Below, piece after piece: positions 24,097 to 33,320 of a stretch of DNA of 64,000 nt (positions are counted from its first letter, which is position 1; the number at the start of each line of letters is the position of its first letter). Under the pieces are notes generated by a model. It saw only the letters and a program-made list of their open reading frames with translations. It made no database searches and had not been told where the DNA came from. The stretch comes from an uncultured Gemmatimonadaceae bacterium. GTDB taxonomy: Bacteria; Gemmatimonadota; Gemmatimonadetes; Gemmatimonadales; Gemmatimonadaceae. The translations under genes were made by a program, and so were the position numbers. Location: positions 2,688,001-2,752,000 of the forward strand of contig CAWJMB010000002.1 in assembly GCA_963843845.1 (NCBI GenBank). The letters are read 5' to 3'.

Positions 24097-24861
24097 CTAC
24101 CTCACGGGGACGATGATCGACGTCGTTCGCAGCGCCGACCGCGGCGCGTGCTCGAACTCGGCGTCGAGCGTGAACTCGGTGATGTCGCGGCCAGCACCCG
24201 CCGCGGCGTTGCCGCCGGCGACAGGCTCGGAGTGCGCGAGCTGCACGCTGCGCACGAAGGGTGAGGATTCGAGGTCGCGCATGAACTGCGTGAGGGCCTG
24301 CAGGTCGACGGTCTGCCCGACGAGGCGGAAGCGGATCGCAGTCGACGCGGTGTCGGCCCCGTCCTTCCTGGTATCGGACGCTGCGCCGCCGGGCTTCGCG
24401 CCCTTCGGCTCCGCCTTCGCGAGCAGCACGGGCGGCGCGGCCGGGGCGCTCGTCTGCTGCACGCTCGTGAGCCACGTGTAGACGGGGAGCGTGCGGCTCA
24501 CCTCGTCGAGCAGGTGCGCCCAGACGTAGCGGTTGCTGTCGATCGCGGCGATCGCCCGCAGCTCGCGGGCGAGCGAGTCGCGGCGCGCGGTGGCGCGGAC
24601 GCGAGCCGCGATGACGGTGGCGAACCGTGCGGAGTCGCGGACCGCACCCTCCTCCTGCGTCGCGAGCCCGTCGCGCTCCTGCTGCTGCGTCGTGTACAGC
24701 CCGCCGACGGCCGCGCAGGCGACGAGGACCGCGGCGACGGCGCTCAGGAGGTACCGGTCGCGCAGCATCGTGAGGCGCCCGCCGAGCGCCGCGGTCGCGG
24801 CGAAGGGGCTCGGGCGGCGTCGGCGGCCGCGCTCGGGATGGAGATTGATGAGAATCAGCAC
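24097..24861 (-). CDS. pilN: Type IV pilus assembly protein PilN
   Basis: INLHP N-terminal motif, TM, WAHLLDEVSRTLPVYTWLTSV, FMRDLESSPF. Confidence 0.88.
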   Translation of the reverse strand: MLILINLHPERGRRRRPSPFAATAALGGRLTMLRDRYLLSAVAAVLVACAAVGGLYTTQQQERDGLATQEEGAVRDSARFATVIAARVRATARRDSLARELRAIAAIDSNRYVWAHLLDEVSRTLPVYTWLTSVQQTSAPAAPPVLLAKAEPKGAKPGGAASDTRKDGADTASTAIRFRLVGQTVDLQALTQFMRDLESSPFVRSVQLAHSEPVAGGNAAAGAGRDITEFTLDAEFEHAPRSALRTTSIIVPVR

Positions 24862-24865
24862 GGCG

Positions 24866-25906
24866 TCACGCGGCGCGGAGGGCGAGGCCGATCGGGAGCA
24901 TGAGCAGCGGCGCGACGGCGGCGACGTCGACATCGTCCAGCGCGCCGTCGAGGATCTCGAGCGCGGCGAGCGGGCTCGCCGGCTCGACCTGCACGCGGAG
25001 GTGGGCGCCCAACGCCTGCGCGAGGCCCGGCGCCTGCGCGCCGCCGCCGCAGAGGTAGAGCGCGCGCAGCGGGCGCGTCGATCGCGCGGCCGACTCGAGG
25101 AACGCCGCCGCCCGCTCGACGCCCGCCGCGATCTCTTCGGCATGGCGGGCGACGACGCGGTCCAGCCGGCCGTCGGAGACGCCGGCGCGCAGCAGCGCCT
25201 CTGCCTCACGGGCGGAGAGGCCGTGGTCCCGCTGCAAGTCCTCGCGCATGCGGCGCGTGCCGCAGGCGAGGTCGCGCGTGAGCGCCGGCACACCGTCGTC
25301 GAGCACGTTGACCGTCGTGACTTCGTGTCCGATGTTCGCGAGCGCGACGACGCCGTCGAGCGCCTCGGGGTAGTTCGTCGCGAAGGCGTTGTGCAACGCG
25401 AACGCCTCGACGTCCACGACGTCGGCGGTGGCGCCGGCGTCGGCGACGAGGCGAAGCTTCGCCTCGACGAGCTCGCGCTTCGCCGCGACGAGCAGCACGC
25501 TCATCTCGCGCCCTTCCGCGGCGGGGTCGAGGATCTGGAAGTCGAGCTGCACCGAGCTCATGTCGAACGGCACGTGCTGCTCCGCTTCCCACTTGAGCTG
25601 CTCGCGCGCCTGCGCTTCCGGCGCCCGCTCCGTCCGGATGCGCTTCACGATGACGTCGCGCCCGCCGACGGCGACGGCGACGCTCCGCGGCTTCACTCCC
25701 GTCGCCTGCATCGTCTCGCGCACGGCCTCGGCGACGAGCGCCGGGTCCATGATCTCGCCGTCGACGATCGCGTCGGCGGCCAGCGGCGTGACGACGACGC
25801 GCACGAGCGCCGGCGCGCCGCGCCCGTGATCGACGACGGCGGCTTTCACGAGCCCCGAGCCGATGTCGAGGCCGACGGCGGTTCTGTTGCGACGGAGGAA
25901 CGCCAT
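24866..25906 (-). CDS. pilM: Type IV pilus assembly protein PilM
   Basis: VGLDIGSGLVK, WEAEQHVPFD, LDFQIL, VLLVAAKRE, VVDVEAFALHN, LCGGGA, IGLALR. Confidence 0.93.
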   Translation of the reverse strand: MAFLRRNRTAVGLDIGSGLVKAAVVDHGRGAPALVRVVVTPLAADAIVDGEIMDPALVAEAVRETMQATGVKPRSVAVAVGGRDVIVKRIRTERAPEAQAREQLKWEAEQHVPFDMSSVQLDFQILDPAAEGREMSVLLVAAKRELVEAKLRLVADAGATADVVDVEAFALHNAFATNYPEALDGVVALANIGHEVTTVNVLDDGVPALTRDLACGTRRMREDLQRDHGLSAREAEALLRAGVSDGRLDRVVARHAEEIAAGVERAAAFLESAARSTRPLRALYLCGGGAQAPGLAQALGAHLRVQVEPASPLAALEILDGALDDVDVAAVAPLLMLPIGLALRAA

Positions 25907-26025
25907 GCTGATCCGAGGTGAAGGCTGATGCATCCGCGCCACAGCGTCGGATGTCGTCGTCCGTGCTCTACACGAGCCGACGCGGCGCAGGTAACAGGGG
26001 CGCGGGCGCAGACGCGTGTTTGGTG

Positions 26026-27039
26026 TCACCGTGTGACGAACGCGAGGCTGCGTCGTCCGGCCAGCGTCACGCGCGCCGCGCCGTCGCGCGCCCGCGCGTA
26101 GGCGCAGGATGACCAGCGAACGCGCGAGCCGGCGCCTAACGCGCCGCCGGCGACGGTCGCCTGGACGAACAGCGCGCCGTCGAGCTGCAGCGTGCCGCCG
26201 CCCGCGTGCAGGGCGCCGCGGACGACCATGATCCCGGCGAAGGTCACGAGGCCGTCGATCGTGAGGTCGCCGTCGACGAGCAGCATGCCCTGCCCCCGCG
26301 TCGGACCGCGCAGCGTGACCGCGCCGCGCGCGTGCGCGATCGGGAACGCGGCCGCGTCGGTGGGCGCGATCGGCGCGAGCGTCGCGACGGGAGAATCGAT
26401 CTGCACGGCGCCGCGCGCCGCGACCGCGCCGTATCGCTCGGCGCCGAAGGTGTCGTAGGTCGCGACATCGGCGTCGACGGCGGCGGCCGGCATCGGCGCC
26501 GACGGTGCGGCGCAGCCTGTCCAGCCGTCGGGCACGTGATCCGCGCCGTCGACCGTCGCGCCGTTCGCGAGCGCGATCGCGCTCCCCGCGGTGACGGCGC
26601 CGCGCGGGATCGGCGCCGCGGGCACGAGTCGGATCACGGCCGTCGTCGTCCGCTCGGCGCGGCGGCCGGCGCCGGGCGCGGACGCCCGGGCGTGCGCGGT
26701 GGCCTCGACGAGCAGTCGCGTCGCGTCGAGCCGCACGACTCGCGCGGTCACCGCGGCGTCGCCGACGCGCGGCAGGCCGATCGTGTCGGACGCGCCGACG
26801 GCGAGCTGGTTGCGGCGAACGTCCCACGGATGGCGAGCGAGCGCGACGGCGCCCTCCGCCGCGAGCGACGCGCGGAGCACCGCCGTCGCATCGCGCGCCG
26901 AGCGGTTCACGACGACGGCCGCGGTGAGCGTCCCGGCGCCCAGCGCCGCGATGATCGTGAGTGCGACGAGGGCCGACGCGAGCGCCATCCCGCGTCGCGG
27001 CGCCGGCGCGAGGCGAGCCGCGATCGGACGCCGCGTCAC
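26026..27039 (-). CDS. PilX-like minor pilin
   Basis: RRG|MALASALVAL prepilin site without Glu5; C-terminal GMLLVDGDLTI...FAGIMVVRG. Confidence 0.75.
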   Translation of the reverse strand: MTRRPIAARLAPAPRRGMALASALVALTIIAALGAGTLTAAVVVNRSARDATAVLRASLAAEGAVALARHPWDVRRNQLAVGASDTIGLPRVGDAAVTARVVRLDATRLLVEATAHARASAPGAGRRAERTTTAVIRLVPAAPIPRGAVTAGSAIALANGATVDGADHVPDGWTGCAAPSAPMPAAAVDADVATYDTFGAERYGAVAARGAVQIDSPVATLAPIAPTDAAAFPIAHARGAVTLRGPTRGQGMLLVDGDLTIDGLVTFAGIMVVRGALHAGGGTLQLDGALFVQATVAGGALGAGSRVRWSSCAYARARDGAARVTLAGRRSLAFVTR

Positions 27040-27941
27040 GGCGTGCGCTCGACGGCCACGCGAACGTCGACCGAGTCGATGCGCGGCGCGCCACGCCGAT
27101 CGCCGGCCGCCGGTGCGTCCGCTCGCAGCACGATCCCGATCTCCCGCACTCGCGCGAGCGACGCCGCGTCGAGCGGACCTCCCGCCGGGCCGCCTGACGC
27201 GGCGCCGGCGGAGTCACGTCCGCCGACCGAGAGCCCGGCCGGCGACCCCGGACCGCGCAACGGCCCCGCGACCGGCTGCACGCCGCTCCACGCGCTCCCA
27301 TCCCACTCGCGCTGGCCGAGATACCAGCGGCCGTCCGACGCACGATAGTGCTGCCAGCGCACCCGGCGCAGCAGGCGCACGGGCGAGCCGACCGCTGCGC
27401 CCGCGGCGAGTGGCGCGGTGATCCGCACGCGAAGCCGCGCGCGTCCCGCGTCGCTCGGCCGGAGCAGCGGCGAGGCGCCGCACGCACCGACGCTGCTCCC
27501 GACCGATTCGATCGTCGCGCTCGACCAGCTGTCGGTCGGCGCGTCGTGGACGAGCATCAGGTCGCCGCTCTGCGGGGGCGACGTCCACCACGACAGCGTC
27601 GGTGGGTCGAGCGACAGCGGGGGGAGGTCGACGGTCCGCGCGTCGGGCATGCCGCAGACGACCGACGCGCCGAGCGTCGAGCGAACGTCGATCAGCGTGT
27701 CGGTGAGTGCCACCACGTCGCTCGCCACGAGCGAGTCGGCGCGCGCCGAGAGCGGACGCAGCGACGCGCGCATGGCGTCGGCGCCGGCGCGCAGTTGCAC
27801 GCGCGCCGCGTGTCGAGCGTCGAGCGACGCGTACATCCGCCACTGCCGCGCGAGCACGCCCGTCAGCCCCGCCAGCAGCACGGCGAGCAGCGTGAGCGCG
27901 ACGAGCAGCTCGACGAGGGTGTAGCCTCGGCGCCCGGTCAC
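27036..27941 (-). CDS. PilW-like minor pilin
   Basis: RRG|YTLVELLVAL class III signal; GTG overlaps the upstream stop. Confidence 0.8.
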   Translation of the reverse strand: MTGRRGYTLVELLVALTLLAVLLAGLTGVLARQWRMYASLDARHAARVQLRAGADAMRASLRPLSARADSLVASDVVALTDTLIDVRSTLGASVVCGMPDARTVDLPPLSLDPPTLSWWTSPPQSGDLMLVHDAPTDSWSSATIESVGSSVGACGASPLLRPSDAGRARLRVRITAPLAAGAAVGSPVRLLRRVRWQHYRASDGRWYLGQREWDGSAWSGVQPVAGPLRGPGSPAGLSVGGRDSAGAASGGPAGGPLDAASLARVREIGIVLRADAPAAGDRRGAPRIDSVDVRVAVERTP

Positions 27942-28315
27942 GGCTCGGACGGCACGACGGTGGTCATCGTCAGCAGCGGCCGTCCCTCCGACCGCACGCT
28001 GTCGGCGAGCAGGCACACCGAATCCGCCACCCACACGTGCCACGACTCGCTCAGCGGCCCCGCGATCCGTGTGCCGCTCGACGCGCGACAGCCGCTCGCC
28101 ACGACCGATTCGGCGCGCGCCGAGACGACCGCGGCCGCGTCCGTGGCGCGGCGCGCGAGCGAGTCGGCGTGCAGCAGCGCCGACGAGCTCCCCGCGAGCG
28201 CGAGCGCGCCGACCGTGAGCACGCCGAGCGCGACGAGCAGCTCGACGAGCGTGAGTCCCGATCGCGCGACGCGCGAAGGAGCAGGACGTGAGCGTGCGGT
28301 GTGCGAGCGGTGCAT
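27938..28315 (-). CDS. PilV-like minor pilin
   Basis: RSG|LTLVELLVALGVLTVG; short; C-terminal Cys pair. Confidence 0.75.
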   Translation of the reverse strand: MHRSHTARSRPAPSRVARSGLTLVELLVALGVLTVGALALAGSSSALLHADSLARRATDAAAVVSARAESVVASGCRASSGTRIAGPLSESWHVWVADSVCLLADSVRSEGRPLLTMTTVVPSEP

Positions 28316-28353
28316 GCCGCAGAGAGTGCGACCGCCCGCCGCGCGCTACCGCA

Positions 28354-29556
28354 TCATTTCACCGCGGCGCGTACCGATTCGTTGCCGCCCCGGCCGCCTC
28401 GCGCGCGGTCGGCCGCGTCTGGCCCGACCGCGGCGTGTCCGGAGCGCCCGCTCGCCTGCGGCAGCACGACGACGAACGCGGCGCCGCCTTCACGCGCGCG
28501 CTGCACCCACACCGCCCCGCCTGACGCGTCGACGATGCGCGCGACGACCGCGAGCCCGAGCCCCGTGCCTGCTCCGACACTCTTCGTCGTGTAGAACGGA
28601 TCGAACACGCGCTCGGCGTCCTCGGCGGGCACGCCCGGCCCGGAGTCGGCGACGACGATCTGCACGACCGTCTCCGGCGCCTGCGGCGCGCCCGAGAGCC
28701 ACTCGACCACGCGCCGGTGCGGGCGGTGAGGGATGTACTCGCCGGGCGCGTCCCCGGCGCGGCCGCGCACCGCACTCAGCTCGGCGAGCGGCACGGTTCG
28801 GGTGCGGAGTGCCACGCGCCCCGTCCGATCCGTCGCGTCGGCGGCGTTCAGCAGCAGGTTGACGAAGACCTGCTCCAGCTCGGGCCGCTCGCCGAACACG
28901 AGCGGCGTCGCCGTATCGAGCTCCTCGTCGACCTGCACGCGGCGAAGCACGCCCTGATCGGCGAGCAGGCGTCGCACGTCGGCGAGCACCGCGTTCACGT
29001 CGATCGCCGTCGGCGTCACGCGCCGGGGACGCGCGAAATCGAGCAGGCCGCGCACGATGCGGTCGATGCGCTCCGTCTCTCGTTCGAGCGCGTCGATGAC
29101 GACCGCGGCATCGGGTGCGGCCGCGGTGCGCGAGCGGAGCACGTGCGCGTAGCCGGCGATCGCGGCGAGCGGATTGCCGACCTCGTGCGCGATCCCCGCC
29201 GCCATGTGGCCGACGGTCGCCATCTTCTCCACGCGCGCCCGCTGCGCCTCGGCGGCACGGAGCTGCTCGGTCAGGTCGCTCATCGGCATGACGACCTCGC
29301 GGCGCGACCAGCGCACGGACCACCGGCCGGCGAGCCACGCGCCGATCGCGCCCCACACCACCGCGGTCGCGACGACCACGGCGAGCGCCTGCACCGCGCC
29401 GGCGAGTTCGTCGATCGCGGAGTAGGCGACGAGCCACGCGGCCACGCCGGCCCCGATGCCGGCGAGCGCCGCACACGCCGCGAGCGCCGCGACGCGCCGC
29501 GTGAGGGGACGGACGAGAGTGCGGGCGGGATCGCCACGCTCGGCGGTGGATGCCAT
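28354..29556 (-). CDS. Membrane sensor histidine kinase (NtrB-like)
   Basis: Two TM segments, IAHEVGNPL, QVFVNLLLNA, DSGPG, FDPFYTTK, GTGLGL; start uncertain. Confidence 0.9.
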   Translation of the reverse strand: MASTAERGDPARTLVRPLTRRVAALAACAALAGIGAGVAAWLVAYSAIDELAGAVQALAVVVATAVVWGAIGAWLAGRWSVRWSRREVVMPMSDLTEQLRAAEAQRARVEKMATVGHMAAGIAHEVGNPLAAIAGYAHVLRSRTAAAPDAAVVIDALERETERIDRIVRGLLDFARPRRVTPTAIDVNAVLADVRRLLADQGVLRRVQVDEELDTATPLVFGERPELEQVFVNLLLNAADATDRTGRVALRTRTVPLAELSAVRGRAGDAPGEYIPHRPHRRVVEWLSGAPQAPETVVQIVVADSGPGVPAEDAERVFDPFYTTKSVGAGTGLGLAVVARIVDASGGAVWVQRAREGGAAFVVVLPQASGRSGHAAVGPDAADRARGGRGGNESVRAAVK

Positions 29557-29661
29557 GGCGACGGGACGATCGACGCCGTCGTGGCACGCGGCAAGGGGGA
29601 GCGACGACGCGGCAAAGGGGCGCCACCCTGAGGTGACACCCCCTTCCCGCACAGCGCCGAG

Positions 29662-29694
29662 CGTCAGGCGATCGTCAGGCGATCGTCAGCCGAT
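29662..29694. repeat. 11-bp tandem repeat CGTCAGGCGAT x3, just downstream of pilA
   Basis: cgtcaggcgat cgtcaggcgat cgtcagccgat. Confidence 0.8.
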
Positions 29695-29709
29695 CATCCC
29701 CACAGTCGA

Positions 29710-30117
29710 TCAGCGGCAGTCCGGGGCGCCGTCCTGCGTCGCGCCGCCCGCGTTCGAGGTCGCCGCGGCGCCCGTTCCGGCGAAGATGTTGCACGAGCCC
29801 GTGACGGACGGATTCGTCACCTTGGCCGACCACCCGGTCGGGCCGCCGGCGATGTTGCCGACCGGCATCACGTTGCCCTGGCTGACCGTGTAGCGCCCCG
29901 TGAGCGAGCTGCCGGCGCCGTAGTAGCCGCTGTCGGCGAAGAACGCTTCCTGGACGTTCACGAGGTTCTTCAGGTCGGCCTTCATCGACGCGATGTACGC
30001 CTTCTCCTTCGTCGACGAGAACTTCGGGATCGCGATCGCGGCGAGGATGCCGATGATGACGACGACGATCAGGAGCTCGATGAGGGTGAAGCCCTTGCGG
30101 TTCTTGTTCTGCGACAT
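29710..30117 (-). CDS. pilA: Type IVa major pilin
   Basis: MSQNKNRKG|FTLIELLIVVVIIGILAAIAIPKF; C-terminal Cys pair; GGAGA RBS. Confidence 0.92.
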   Translation of the reverse strand: MSQNKNRKGFTLIELLIVVVIIGILAAIAIPKFSSTKEKAYIASMKADLKNLVNVQEAFFADSGYYGAGSSLTGRYTVSQGNVMPVGNIAGGPTGWSAKVTNPSVTGSCNIFAGTGAAATSNAGGATQDGAPDCR

Positions 30118-30290
30118 TGCGGTTCTCCGTGCGGGGGTGAGGGGTCGTGCGAGGAAGGCGTCGGGCGGTTCGATGTGCATTCGATGCGCTCTCGAACCCG
30201 TTTCTAGTGATCGGCAGTTCGGCGCACGGACTTGAGCGGCGTGTCGCTCGTCGTGGGGCGCGGCCGGCGCTGCGTCGCGACGCTCGGTAT

Positions 30291-30307
30291 GGCAGCGCCT
30301 GTGCCGA
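30291..30307 (-). promoter_or_regulatory. Sigma-54 -24/-12 promoter of pilA
   Basis: Minus strand TCGGCACAGGCGCTGCC = GG-N10-GC with GGCAC core, about 175 nt upstream of pilA and next to pilR. Confidence 0.7.
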
Positions 30308-30460
30308 CTCGCGCACGACACGCTAACGCGCTATCTCCGAACGACTTACATCATTTCGACGCGCGTCGGACCATTCCAACGCGTGCCGCGTCGTGCACGA
30401 TCTCTCGCACGTTGCGGCAGTCGGCGCGTCCCGCCGTCCGGCCGGCGCGTCGCGCCTCGA

Positions 30461-31828
30461 TCAGCCGTCGATGCCGTAGCGCGTCAGCTTGCGATACAGC
30501 GTCGACGGGTCGATGCCGAGCGCGTCGGCCGCGCGACTCTTGTTGCCGCTCTCGTTCTGCAGCACCCACGTCACGTACGCGCGCTCGATCGCCTCGAGCG
30601 TCGGCGTCGCGGCGGGCTTCTCCGACACGAACGGCTCCGCGGCACGCGCGCTCACGCGCGCCGGGAGCGCGCCGACGTCGATGACGTCGCCCGCCGAGAG
30701 GATCGCGGCGCGCTCGAGCGCGTTCTCCAGCTCGCGAACGTTGCCCGGCCAGTCGTAGTGCAGCAGCGCGTCGAGCGCGTCGGCGCTCAGCGCCTTCGGA
30801 CGTGCGCCGCGCAGCGCCGCCGTCCGCGCGAGGAACGCCTCGGCGAGCAGCGGCACGTCGTCGCGGCGGTCGCGCAGCGGCGGCAGGTGGACGGTGATGA
30901 CGTTCAGTCGGTAGTACAGATCGCCGCGAAACCGGCCGCGCTTCACCTCGTCCTCGAGGTCGCGGTTCGTCGCGGCGACGAGGCGCGCGTCGACCGCGAC
31001 GGGCTCGGTCGCGCCGACCGGGATGACTTCGCGCTCCTGCAGCACGCGCAGCAGCTTCACCTGCGTCGCCGCCGTCGTCTCGCCGATCTCGTCGAGGAAG
31101 AACGTGCCGCCGGTCGCCGCGGCGAACAGGCCGTGCTTGTCTCTCACCGCGCCGGTGAACGAGCCCTTCACGTGGCCGAACAGCTCGCTCTCGAGCAACC
31201 CTTCGGGGAGCGCGCCGCAGTTCACCGACCGGAACGCCCCGCGCGCGCGTGACGATCGCTCGTGCACCCAACGCGCGACGACCTCCTTGCCGGTACCGCT
31301 CTCCCCGGTCACGAGCACCGTGCTGTCGCTCGGCGCGACGGTCTCGACGAGGCGGAGGACGTCGCGCCACACGCGGCTCCTGCCTAACGGCGTGGCGCTC
31401 CGGTCGCCGCGGTCGCGACGCGCGATCTCCTGCTTCGGCATGACGTGCTCGACGCGCGCACCGCGGTGCTCCGCCGCGCGCCGCACGGTCGTCACCAGCT
31501 CGTCGTTGCGGAACGGCTTCTGGAGGTAGTAGTACGCGCCGTCGTTCACCGCGCCGATCGCGCTCTGCAGCGTCGCCTGCGCCGTCATCAGGATCACCGG
31601 CGTCGCCGCGTCGTGTCGCCGCGCCTCCGCGAGGATCTGCAGGCCGTCGACTCCCGGCATCCGGACGTCGCTCACGACGACGTCGGGGCGCAGGCTCCCG
31701 ATCCGCTCCAGCCCCGCCCGTCCGCCGTGCGCGGTGTGCACCTCGAAGCCTTCGCCCTTCAGCAGGATGCGGAGCGTGTCGAGGATCGACGTCTCGTCGT
31801 CGACGATGAGGACGCGGGGGGCGGTCAT
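30461..31828 (-). CDS. pilR: NtrC-family sigma-54 response regulator (PilR-like)
   Basis: [41 protein letters not shown], Fis-type HTH. Confidence 0.85.
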   Translation of the reverse strand: MTAPRVLIVDDETSILDTLRILLKGEGFEVHTAHGGRAGLERIGSLRPDVVVSDVRMPGVDGLQILAEARRHDAATPVILMTAQATLQSAIGAVNDGAYYYLQKPFRNDELVTTVRRAAEHRGARVEHVMPKQEIARRDRGDRSATPLGRSRVWRDVLRLVETVAPSDSTVLVTGESGTGKEVVARWVHERSSRARGAFRSVNCGALPEGLLESELFGHVKGSFTGAVRDKHGLFAAATGGTFFLDEIGETTAATQVKLLRVLQEREVIPVGATEPVAVDARLVAATNRDLEDEVKRGRFRGDLYYRLNVITVHLPPLRDRRDDVPLLAEAFLARTAALRGARPKALSADALDALLHYDWPGNVRELENALERAAILSAGDVIDVGALPARVSARAAEPFVSEKPAATPTLEAIERAYVTWVLQNESGNKSRAADALGIDPSTLYRKLTRYGIDG

Positions 31829-31865
31829 ACGGCAGAGACGAACGGACGTGACCGCGCGTCAACAG

Positions 31866-33284
31866 TCAGCCGCCCTCGCCGCCCTCGCCGCTCTCGCCGC
31901 TCTCGCCGCTCTCGCCGCTCTCGCCGTTCTCACCGTTCGCGTGCGGCAGCACGAGCGTGAACCGCGCGCCGGCTCTCTCGCCGCCCGCGTCGACGAGCAC
32001 GACGCCGCCGTGCGCCTCGGCGACGCGGTGCACGATCGCGAGCCCGAGCCCGCTCCCGCCGAGCTTCGTCGTGACGAACGGATCGAACAGCCGGTCGACG
32101 ACGCTCGCGTCGATCCCCGGCCCCGTGTCGACGATGTCGATCGCGACGGCGCGCGCGGTCTCCCGCAGCGGCAGCTCGCTCGCGGTCGGACGTCGCAGCG
32201 TCACAGACACGGCGCCGCCGTCTCGCGTCACCTGCACCGCGTTCAGCACGAGATTCAGCAGCGCGCGGTGCAGCAGCTCCTCGTCGCCGTCGACGACGAG
32301 CGGCGCGCGCTCGTCCGCGACGACGCCGACCGTCACGCCCGGGGCGCACGTCGGGTGCAACGCGGCGACCTGCGCTGCGGCGCGCGCCACCTTGGCGAGG
32401 TCGACCGGCGCCACACGCTGGACGCGCGCCCGCGCGAAGTCGAGGAACTCGCCCAGCAGATCGCTCAGCCGATCGCTCTCGCGCACGACGAGCGCGGCGA
32501 GCGTCTGCGCGTCGTCGTCGTCTCGCGCGCTGCGGCGGGCGAGCTGCTCGACGGCGCTGCGGATCGAGGCGAGCGGGTTCCGGATCTCGTGCGCGAGCGA
32601 CGCGGACAGCTCGGCGATGGCCTCCAGCCGCTCGGCGCGCCCGCGCAGCGCGGCGATGCGCTTCGAGTCGGTGATGTCGGAGAAGATCGCCGTCCCGGTG
32701 CCGCGCCCGTCGCGCCCCGCAGACGCCGTGGTCGTCACACCGATGCGGCGTGTCTCGTCGAACAGCACGCGTCCTTCGGCGCGCGTCGTACGCACCCCGT
32801 CGACGGCGGCGGCGCGCAGCAGCGCCGCCAGCTCGGGTGCGCGTGCCGCGATCTCGTGCAGCACGGGCGCCGCCAACCGCTCGTGCAGCGGCACGCCGAG
32901 GAGGGTGACGGCGGCGGGGTTCGCGTAGAGAAGCGTGCCGTCGGCGTCGACGGTGAGCACGCCGCTGCTCATGGCGCGCAACACTTCGGCCGCCTCGATC
33001 CGCGCGCGGGCGAACGCGGCGAGCTGCTGGCGTCCGCCGCGCGTGCGGCGAAGCTCCCACCCGATCCACCCGCCCGCACTCGCCGCGCACACCAGCGCCG
33101 CGAGCTGGCGCGCTCCCTCCGGCGCGTTCGTCCACACGAACGTCGCGGCGAGCGGTGCCGCGAGCAGCAGCGCGGCGAGGACGTCGCGCGCCACGTGCGT
33201 CCAGCGGATCGGCTGGCGCGGATCCGGCGGTACTTGCAGCGCGAGAGCGGTAGATTGCGGGAACGTTCGAGGCGTGCGGTGCAC
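31866..33284 (-). CDS. PAS-domain sensor histidine kinase (PilS-like); start uncertain
   Basis: Two TM segments, PAS (SGVLTVDADG...YANPAA), LAHEIRNPL, DTGPG, FDPFVTTK, GSGLGL; directly upstream of pilR. Confidence 0.88.
   Translation of the reverse strand: MHRTPRTFPQSTALALQVPPDPRQPIRWTHVARDVLAALLLAAPLAATFVWTNAPEGARQLAALVCAASAGGWIGWELRRTRGGRQQLAAFARARIEAAEVLRAMSSGVLTVDADGTLLYANPAAVTLLGVPLHERLAAPVLHEIAARAPELAALLRAAAVDGVRTTRAEGRVLFDETRRIGVTTTASAGRDGRGTGTAIFSDITDSKRIAALRGRAERLEAIAELSASLAHEIRNPLASIRSAVEQLARRSARDDDDAQTLAALVVRESDRLSDLLGEFLDFARARVQRVAPVDLAKVARAAAQVAALHPTCAPGVTVGVVADERAPLVVDGDEELLHRALLNLVLNAVQVTRDGGAVSVTLRRPTASELPLRETARAVAIDIVDTGPGIDASVVDRLFDPFVTTKLGGSGLGLAIVHRVAEAHGGVVLVDAGGERAGARFTLVLPHANGENGESGESGESGESGEGGEGG
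31872..31937. repeat. 9-bp tandem repeat (CTCGCCGCT-like, about 7 copies) encoding an E-S/N-G tail
   Basis: Kinase C-terminus reads ENGENGESGESGESGESGEGGEGG. Confidence 0.85.
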
Positions 33285-33320
33285 GTCCGGGGGACGAGCC
33301 AGCGAGACGAGGGTTACTGG

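Noticed and set aside
30330..30350. IHF site upstream of the pilA promoter
   Set aside because: Only the AA-N4-TTA part of WATCAANNNNTTR matches; too weak to call.
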